A DNA stretch of 11,078 bases from a virus, in IMG/VR virus record IMGVR_UViG_3300035698_006061, positions 1 through 11,078 of that record; one strand, given 5' to 3'. The position numbers were made by a program, and so were the translations under genes. Below, piece after piece: positions 6,189 to 11,078 of this stretch (within the stretch, counting starts at the first letter, position 1; each line of letters opens with the position of its first letter). The notes beneath the pieces are model-generated. The model worked only from the letters and a program-made list of their open reading frames with translations. It was not told the origin of the DNA and ran no database searches.

Positions 6189-7279
6189 TATTGTCCAACT
6201 CCTGCTTGTGTATCATTAGGCTGTGCTGCCTTCGTTGGTCCATCTTTAGCATTGTCGCTTAATAGTTCGTTTTCTAAACTTGCTGGGAATACTAAATCAA
6301 TATCCATACCTAGTTGTATACCAACTTGTTCCTCAATGAATGTTTGGTCTTCTTCTACACTCTGTTGGAATGCAAGATAAACTATCTTAGCACTTGCTTC
6401 TGTAAAGTTCTTTGAGTTTCCTACTATAATCTTTGGTGTTGCACATGCCTCGTAGAAAGAATCGTTAAGTGAATCAATCCATGTTAGTGGGTTTAATGTA
6501 CTATTAGGGCTTACGCTTAATTGTTCTGGAACTACTGCTCCCTTTGGTACATATAAGTTTTCATTTAACTTGTAAGCTTTATCCATCTTTGTTTTGAATG
6601 CTGTAATCTTAGCTGGTACATCTGTATCTAAGTGGAATATCATTCTTGGATATACATTTCTATGCATTACTATCTTGTAATCTGCTATTGCTTCATTTCT
6701 TGCTAAAATTATATCTTCTAGTTTTTCAACCACACTTACTCCATGAATCTCATCTGCTACTCTGTTACGACTTAAGTGAAATATTTCCTCTTGTTGGAAT
6801 GTTTTAGTACCACCATTTTTTGTTTTACTAACTTGTTCGTATTTCTGAATTATCCCTTTGTTGTTTGCCACAATCAGTATAGCTCCTGTATCAAGCACCT
6901 TTAGATTTATTAAATTGCCTTCTTCGTCTCTGATGATTTCTGCATAAGAATCTCCTCCAATCCACATAGTTCTAATCATATTTTCTATAATTGTATTAAA
7001 TGTATCTCTACCATAGCCTTTAATCTGGTCTATAACAAGTTGTGTATCTGTATCTGTTTCAATTCCTTTACCTATTGTCCATGTAGCTCTAGCATCAATT
7101 GTACTGTTTAGCTCTGGTATTTGTTTGTAGTATCCGAAATATTTTGACCAATTTGATTGTTGCCACCTTGTTTCTTTTTCCCCAGTTGCTGCATCTGTGT
7201 TCATTATAGATACACTGTAATCTGTCATCTGATTTGTTAAATCACTTATTACTGTATTTCCTATATCGTTATCTGCCAT
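6188..7279 (-). CDS. Portal protein (HK97/SPP1-type family)
   Basis: 363-aa ORF. Its size, the central segment EEIFHLSRNRVADEIHGVSVVEKLEDIILARNEA and the polar/acidic C-terminal tail are typical of phage portals. It lies in the head module with terL and the MCP. Confidence 0.8.
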   Translation of the reverse strand: MADNDIGNTVISDLTNQMTDYSVSIMNTDAATGEKETRWQQSNWSKYFGYYKQIPELNSTIDARATWTIGKGIETDTDTQLVIDQIKGYGRDTFNTIIENMIRTMWIGGDSYAEIIRDEEGNLINLKVLDTGAILIVANNKGIIQKYEQVSKTKNGGTKTFQQEEIFHLSRNRVADEIHGVSVVEKLEDIILARNEAIADYKIVMHRNVYPRMIFHLDTDVPAKITAFKTKMDKAYKLNENLYVPKGAVVPEQLSVSPNSTLNPLTWIDSLNDSFYEACATPKIIVGNSKNFTEASAKIVYLAFQQSVEEDQTFIEEQVGIQLGMDIDLVFPASLENELLSDNAKDGPTKAAQPNDTQAGVGQ

Positions 7280-7497
7280 TAATCAAACATATCCTTTATG
7301 TCTTGTAACATTCTTTCTGTCTCTGGTATGTGAGCTGTTACTGCCAAATTTAATTGTCTTACTTTGTATGCGCTTAATTCTTGCTCTGTTTTGATATACA
7401 TAGTCTTATCCTCAATCCTTAATCCAAGGTTACCTACACCTGCTTCATAAATTAATTGTGCTAAGTTCACTGTTGTTAAGTCGTATTTGTATTCCAT
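7279..7497 (-). CDS. Hypothetical 72-aa protein
   Basis: ORF with SD AGGAG about 10 nt upstream and TAATG junctions at both ends. No recognisable motif. Confidence 0.55.
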   Translation of the reverse strand: MEYKYDLTTVNLAQLIYEAGVGNLGLRIEDKTMYIKTEQELSAYKVRQLNLAVTAHIPETERMLQDIKDMFD

Positions 7498-7787
7498 TAT
7501 AATTGTACTCCTGTTAGTCTTGTTACTGCTGGCATTTGACTTGTTTTAATTTTAAAATCTGTAATATTTTTTATTTCATTATCTATACTATTTTTAACTT
7601 TTAAAAGTATTTCTGTATTATCCATATCTGATGGGAATGAAAATCCATATACTTTGTCTTTAATTATATTTTCTGTTTTATCTAAACCAAAAATAATTGT
7701 ATCTACAAAAGTATCTCCAGTGTTTGTTAGCCTAACTGATACTTTTCTTCTCATACTTTCATCTTTGTCTTCTATTATTGTTATCAT
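7497..7787 (-). CDS. Hypothetical 96-aa protein
   Basis: ORF with SD-like GGTGGAG upstream and TAATG junctions at both ends. No recognisable motif. Confidence 0.55.
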   Translation of the reverse strand: MITIIEDKDESMRRKVSVRLTNTGDTFVDTIIFGLDKTENIIKDKVYGFSFPSDMDNTEILLKVKNSIDNEIKNITDFKIKTSQMPAVTRLTGVQL

Positions 7788-8362
7788 TAGTTAAACTCCA
7801 CCACTGTAAACCATACTGTAGTCTCATCATCGTGTACATTAACTGTTACTGTATCAGCTGCTGATAAAAATGCATTATAACTAGATGATTGTGTAAATGT
7901 ACTTGATTCATCTGGTGAGGTAGCTCCTTGAACAAAACACATTGCTTTACTTGTATCAACTGTAGTTATTGTATAGTCTCCATCATTTAATAAATGTCCA
8001 AGTTGTTTTGAACTTACAACTCCAGCTATATATTCTATAACCATATAACTTACATTACAAGTATTATAATCATTAATTCTTGAAGCTGTTACTGTTGTTT
8101 CATCTGTTAACGTAAGTTTGCATAATGTATCAGCTGGTCTTGAAGCACCATGAGTATTACCATTGAAAACTACAACTGAATTCTCTGTAACTACTGCATC
8201 TATTGTTGCTGTATTTGAAGTACTACTTACCGCAATTACTCCGTGCTGTATTGATTGTATAATTGTATCACTTGCTGCTTTAGGTGTACTAGTTGTGTTT
8301 AATGAGTTTGTTTCCCTTACATCATCTTGGCCGAATAATCCACCTGGTATACTTAGAACCAT
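7787..8362 (-). CDS. 191-aa beta-rich protein with internal tandem duplication (candidate tail/receptor-binding protein)
   Basis: Two homologous halves: SIQHG...ATIDAV...VVVFNG...TVTASR...NVSYMVIEY and SKQLG...TITTVD...MCFVQG...TVTVNV...TVWFTVVEF. SD-like GGTGA lies 3 nt upstream. Confidence 0.6.
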   Translation of the reverse strand: MVLSIPGGLFGQDDVRETNSLNTTSTPKAASDTIIQSIQHGVIAVSSTSNTATIDAVVTENSVVVFNGNTHGASRPADTLCKLTLTDETTVTASRINDYNTCNVSYMVIEYIAGVVSSKQLGHLLNDGDYTITTVDTSKAMCFVQGATSPDESSTFTQSSSYNAFLSAADTVTVNVHDDETTVWFTVVEFN

Positions 8363-8802
8363 TTTTTCACCGCCAATTCTTTATTTAAAATAGGAAGTAA
8401 TCCTTCACGTCTTTGTCCAAATGGACTTGCTTGTCCTGCTCTTACACTTGCATCGTTCATATTTATACCTTGACTTATAATTTCTCCAATTAATCTACCA
8501 AATTTACCTACTCTGTTATCTGGGTCAATACCTACTTCTATAGTTTCTCCTTCAATTTGATTTCTTAGCCAATCTCCTGAATCTTTTCCACCTTCACTTA
8601 ATTCTTTAGCATCTATTCTAGCAAATCTAATAGGGAAGTTAAATTCTCTAAAGTTTGTACTTACTGTAATTGTATCTCCATCATGAACCTTCTCTACTCT
8701 TGCTTCAAAGTTCCCTACTATCTGTTTATGTGGGCTTTCGAAGTAGAATTCATTCATTTGAGCATTAGTTAGCTCAGGAAACGCTTTAAAATCATGCTCC
8801 AT
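8353..8802 (-). CDS. Staphylococcal-nuclease-like (thermonuclease/SNase fold) nuclease
   Basis: 149 aa. VHDGDTITV...IRFARIDAKE...GKFGRLIGEI...MNDASVRAGQA mirrors the SNase signature (DGDT...R-L-x-G-I-D-A-P-E...Y-G-R-x-L-A...N-x-x-L-V-x-x-G-x-A). Confidence 0.8.
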   Translation of the reverse strand: MEHDFKAFPELTNAQMNEFYFESPHKQIVGNFEARVEKVHDGDTITVSTNFREFNFPIRFARIDAKELSEGGKDSGDWLRNQIEGETIEVGIDPDNRVGKFGRLIGEIISQGINMNDASVRAGQASPFGQRREGLLPILNKELAVKKWF

Positions 8803-9157
8803 TTATGAAGTCCTGTTGTCGTTTATCTCTTAGCAAGCTAAGTCCTCTTAAAGAACTGTCTCTTAATACATTAATCATGTCTTCTGCCTCAATACGTGAG
8901 TTATATCCAGTCATATCGTACTGAATTACGTAAATTGCTGCTAAATCACTAGCTATTTGGGTCAAAATCTGCCTTACATCTGTGTTTAATGTAGTATATG
9001 CATCACTAAAATTAAATCTACAAACTGCATTGATTGTACTCTCTGCTTGACCTACAAAATCGTTAATAAAAGCCTCTGTATTAGACACCACGCTAGCTCC
9101 TGCACCTACTTTTTGCTGTACTTGTGCTGTTGTTGCGAATATTCCTGTGTCTGCCAT
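8792..9157 (-). CDS. Head-tail connector/adaptor-like protein (gp6-like), tentative
   Basis: 121 aa. An N-terminal helical pattern (TEAFINDFVGQAESTINAVCRFNF) resembles HK97 gp6-like connectors. First gene after terL. Assignment is by weak pattern and context only. Confidence 0.4.
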   Translation of the reverse strand: MADTGIFATTAQVQQKVGAGASVVSNTEAFINDFVGQAESTINAVCRFNFSDAYTTLNTDVRQILTQIASDLAAIYVIQYDMTGYNSRIEAEDMINVLRDSSLRGLSLLRDKRQQDFINGA

Positions 9158-9178
9158 TGTGAAATTTGGCCTTTAAAG

Positions 9179-9186
9179 TATATAAA
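9179..9186 (-). promoter_or_regulatory. Box-A/TATA element TTTATATA upstream of the connector-to-scaffold gene block
   Basis: The minus strand reads TTTATATA-21 nt-ATG(9157), with no SD before the ATG. TTTATATA fits the published methanogen box-A consensus TTTAWATA. Confidence 0.4.
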
Positions 9187-9197
9187 GACTGCTATAA

Positions 9198-10478
9198 TTA
9201 GTACACATATATGTTTAATGTCTGGTCTTTGACGCACCAAGCGCCTCTGACGATACCATCTGCAATATGCATATAATTACCAAAGTATTTAGTTCCCATA
9301 TTTGATTTCTCGTACTGCACTGACTTGAGCGACATGAAGATTTCTGGGTCATCAAGTAGTTTTATTTCACCACGTTCCATCAATGCTAGTAAGTTATTGT
9401 AGATGTCTTCCTTTAGTACTCTCTTTTTTCTCTTTTCATCGTAAGTTAGTGGTCTATTCATGTTATTTATAGCTACTGTCTTTCGTTTTGTCTCATCTGT
9501 AGTAAGTAATTGGTCTAGAACTCCGACTCCCATTCCACCATCATCAATGAATATTTGTCTAAAGTCATATGCTTTGTCTAAATTGATAATATGTCTTGTA
9601 GTTTCTGTAGTTAGAGTTTGTTTTGTAATTTGATTCTCTACTTGTTCTATAGCTTTTGGGTTTGTACGGTCAAATACTTCAAAAGTACTTTCATCTTTTC
9701 CCATTCTTGCTATGTCCACTCCTAAGTAGTAACGCTTTCCTTGTTGTATATAACCTCTACGCTTCAAACACATACATCTTTTGATTAAATCATCTGGGAA
9801 AACTTGTCTTAATGAATCTATAAAGGCTCCTTCATATTCTTGAGCATACTGAGTTACTGTCATTCTTCCTCTTTCTCTAGCTAAATGCTCTAATGCCTTC
9901 TCTTTCTGTAATTGTGTCCAACTATCTGTGATTTCTCTCTCATTTATCACTGTTTCACTACTTATTTGGAAGTTAGTAAAGTTTGTATCGTGAAATGCTC
10001 TGTGAAAGAAGCCTGAATTTCCATGTGGGGTTGATAATAGTACAATATCTCCACCTGTTGTAAGTAACATTGGTGTAATTGCTTCCCATACTAGTTCTGG
10101 TACAAAGGCTGCCTCATCTGCATATAGTCTACTTACTGTGAAACCTCTGATACCATGGCCATCTAAGCCCGTAGGAAGGCATCTAATGACACTTTTGTTG
10201 TTTAACTTGACCTTTGATAGTGTTGGTTTGTCTTTTCCTTTCATTATGTATGATTTATAGTTGTCTTGTAAGTACCACATAGTCTTTTGGAATAACTCTT
10301 GTGCTTGTCTTTCTACAGAAGCTATGATTAAAATGCTGGAACCTGGGTTCAAGGCGGCATAATCAGCTGCATCTTTCGCTATTACAGTTGACTTGCCTAC
10401 CTGTCGCCCTGAGCAAAGAACAATATTGCCTTTTGTTTCTAGGACTTTCTCTTGCCATTTATCTAATTTGATTTTCAT
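9198..10478 (-). CDS. terL: Terminase large subunit (packaging ATPase + nuclease)
   Basis: 426 aa. Deviant Walker A LCSGRQVGKST (compare T4 gp17 SRQLGKT). Walker B with catalytic Glu: RLYADEAAF. C-terminal RNase-H-like acidic motifs: YLGVDIARMGKDES and IFIDDGGMGVG. Confidence 0.92.
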   Translation of the reverse strand: MKIKLDKWQEKVLETKGNIVLCSGRQVGKSTVIAKDAADYAALNPGSSILIIASVERQAQELFQKTMWYLQDNYKSYIMKGKDKPTLSKVKLNNKSVIRCLPTGLDGHGIRGFTVSRLYADEAAFVPELVWEAITPMLLTTGGDIVLLSTPHGNSGFFHRAFHDTNFTNFQISSETVINEREITDSWTQLQKEKALEHLARERGRMTVTQYAQEYEGAFIDSLRQVFPDDLIKRCMCLKRRGYIQQGKRYYLGVDIARMGKDESTFEVFDRTNPKAIEQVENQITKQTLTTETTRHIINLDKAYDFRQIFIDDGGMGVGVLDQLLTTDETKRKTVAINNMNRPLTYDEKRKKRVLKEDIYNNLLALMERGEIKLLDDPEIFMSLKSVQYEKSNMGTKYFGNYMHIADGIVRGAWCVKDQTLNIYVY

Positions 10479-10487
10479 GAGTATGAA

Positions 10488-10505
10488 GTCCCCTTCAATG
10501 GGGAC
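10488..10505. repeat. Hairpin repeat H2: GTCCCC-TTCAAT-GGGGAC
   Basis: 6-bp GC-rich stem. The 17-nt string tatgaagtccccttcaa (10482-10498) is identical to 10651-10667. Confidence 0.85.
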
Positions 10506-10532
10506 AAATTGATTTAGTAGACTTCTCTACAA

Positions 10533-10597
10533 TACACACGGCAGGATTCGAACCTGCAATAGTCCTACGGGAATGACCCGTCCAGTTCCTCGTGTGT
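10533..10597 (-). ncRNA. tRNA-like element: perfect acceptor stem and T-arm, truncated core
   Basis: Minus strand: ACACACG-N33-GCAGG-TTCGAAT-CCTGC-CGTGTGT-A. It has a 7-bp acceptor stem, a canonical 5-bp T-stem and a GTTCGAATC T-loop. Only 33 nt lie where positions 8-48 need about 41. The core folds either as ACGGG-TCATT-CCCGT (CAT centred in a too-small loop) or as GGAA-N12-TTCC (D-arm-like), not both. No encoded CCA. Confidence 0.5.
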
Positions 10598-10656
10598 AAT
10601 CAATGAGGGCTTTAAGCTTCCATTTACGGAAGTCCCACACCCTCGATGACTATGAA

Positions 10657-10679
10657 GTCCCCTTCAAAAAAATGGGGAC
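10657..10679 (-). terminator. Hairpin repeat H1 with an internal T7 run: GTCCCC-ATTTTTTTGAA-GGGGAC (minus strand)
   Basis: Begins 8 nt after the stop of the 48-aa gene. T7 is a strong archaeal-type oligo-T terminator. The T-run lies in the loop, not after the stem, so it is atypical for a bacterial intrinsic terminator. Confidence 0.4.
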
Positions 10680-10686
10680 GATTAAT

Positions 10687-10833
10687 TTAATCTGTTTTGT
10701 TTGTGTACTTGTGCACTAGTTCTTTTGCAATAGCATATCTCTTTAAAGAGTCGTTTAATCCTACTTCAAAGAATTTTACTGTCACAAGTATCTCTTTTAC
10801 AGTTGTTCTAAGCTGTTTTTCAATTCTGTCCAT
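10687..10833 (-). CDS. 48-aa hypothetical protein (not in the supplied ORF track)
   Basis: Hand translation: MDRIEKQLRTTVKEILVTVKFFEVGLNDSLKRYAIAKELVHKYTNKTD. A strong SD GGGAGGTGA lies immediately upstream of the ATG at 10833. Its RBS and first 6 codons lie inside the 74-bp repeat. Confidence 0.5.
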   Translation of the reverse strand: MDRIEKQLRTTVKEILVTVKFFEVGLNDSLKRYAIAKELVHKYTNKTD

Positions 10834-10887
10834 GTTCACCTCCCTTTTTTAATGTATCTTGGAAGTTTGATAATCTTCTAGCTTCTC
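10814..10887. repeat. 74-bp perfect direct repeat, copy B
   Basis: Identical to 119-192. The two copies lie 256 bp apart on the circle and bracket the 72-aa gene. Confidence 0.95.
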
Positions 10888-11067
10888 CTTCTTTAATTTA
10901 TTAAGTGATTCGCTTAATGTTTTCATAGCATCTAGACTATGTTCTAACATTACTATAGCAGAAATTGTTCTTCCAATCCATCCACCTATAATACATGTTG
11001 GTTTGCATCCTCCAGCGTGTAGTGGAAGTCTATGGCAGTATTCGCATGGTTTAGTTATTTCTTTCAT
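10849..11067 (-). CDS. 72-aa Cys-rich protein (CxxC...CxxxC) with a hydrophobic segment and a helical tail
   Basis: MKEITKPCEYCHRLPLHAGGCKPTCIIGGWIGRTISAIVML...KLKKEKLEDYQTSKIH. It has no SD of its own. Its ATG lies inside a 12-codon uORF that starts at the repeat-borne ATG (position 138, copy A). The last 13 codons are encoded by repeat copy B. Confidence 0.55.
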   Translation of the reverse strand: MKEITKPCEYCHRLPLHAGGCKPTCIIGGWIGRTISAIVMLEHSLDAMKTLSESLNKLKKEKLEDYQTSKIH

Positions 11068-11078
11068 TTTGTTTTTCA
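10952..11078. repeat. Terminal overlap, copy B (identical to 1-127)
   Basis: Offset of 10951 between the copies. The 127-bp length matches a common de Bruijn k-mer, so it signals circular closure of the assembly rather than proving a physical terminal repeat. Confidence 0.95.

Larger units (their letters stand above)
10479..10686 (-). promoter_or_regulatory. Highly structured 208-nt intergenic region upstream of terL (candidate RNA-processing and/or packaging-recognition region)
   Basis: Contents in transcription order: hairpin H1, a nested stem-loop (GAGGG/CCCTC enclosing CTTCC-GTAAAT-GGAAG, 10605-10644), the tRNA-like element, the hairpin GTAGA-GAAG-TCTAC (10517-10530), and hairpin H2 ending 9 nt before the terL ATG. 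Confidence 0.5.

Noticed and set aside
81-9232. Plus-strand track ORFs: 81-395, 820-1206, 966-1157, 2445-2687, 3081-3308, 4477-4794, 5003-5329, 5495-6076, 6132-6380, 8163-8393 and 9047-9232.
   Set aside because: Each lies antisense to a longer minus-strand ORF that has recognisable motifs or good start signals. Their translations are low-complexity L/F/S/C-rich shadow sequences, and none has an SD or TATA signal.
9198-10478. Possible intein, frameshift or split in terL, and programmed frameshifts elsewhere in the late genes.
   Set aside because: terL is one uninterrupted ORF with its motifs in the normal order. I saw no slippery-heptamer plus overlapping-ORF arrangement in the late block.
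10533-10597. Calling this a functional canonical tRNA (for example tRNA-Met, CAU).
   Set aside because: Only 33 nt separate the acceptor 5' strand from the T-stem, so D and anticodon arms cannot both form. The CAT sits in a 5-nt loop, or a 7-nt loop with U at position 37. It is kept as tRNA-like only.
10482-10679. Mini-CRISPR array formed by the two palindromic GTCCCC...GGGGAC repeats.
   Set aside because: There are only two copies. The intervening segment is about 145 nt and contains a tRNA-like fold, far from CRISPR spacer geometry. There are no cas genes.
10657-10679. Bacterial rho-independent terminator.
   Set aside because: The T-run lies inside the hairpin loop, not downstream of the stem. 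It is retained only as a possible oligo-T (archaeal-type) stop.

Overview
The window closes on itself. Bases 1-127 are identical to 10952-11078, so it is one 10,951-bp unit: a circular molecule, or a terminally redundant or permuted linear genome. A 127-bp overlap is also a typical assembler k-mer overlap. It reads as the complete genome of a very small, visibly AT-rich virus or virus-like element with an HK97-type head module. Every credible gene is on the minus strand.

Gene order in the direction of transcription (high to low coordinates, across the junction):
- Regulatory block: RHH regulator, winged-helix regulator, HNH endonuclease, a 72-aa Cys-rich protein and a 48-aa protein.
- A 208-nt highly structured intergenic region holding a tRNA-like element between two copies of a hairpin repeat.
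- Packaging and head genes: large terminase, gp6-like connector, SNase-like nuclease, three small proteins (one an internally duplicated beta-rich protein), portal, a 50-aa membrane-anchored protein, a 411-aa low-complexity/hydrophobic protein, scaffold-like protein, a 54-aa protein, DUF2190-like decoration protein and major capsid protein.
- Two small beta-rich proteins.
- About 1 kb with no credible ORF (1305-2302), full of microsatellites and a family of GC-rich hairpins; this is the likely origin/control region.

I see no polymerase, Rep/primase, integrase, recognisable small terminase, lysin or conventional tail genes.

Three SD-less first genes have a TATA/box-A-like element 21-24 nt upstream of the ATG, while internal genes use GGAGGT-type SD sites or TAATG stop-start overlaps. 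Oligo-T runs follow two gene blocks. This pattern suggests an archaeal host, which is inference only. All functional calls come from motif and pattern reading; no searches were run.
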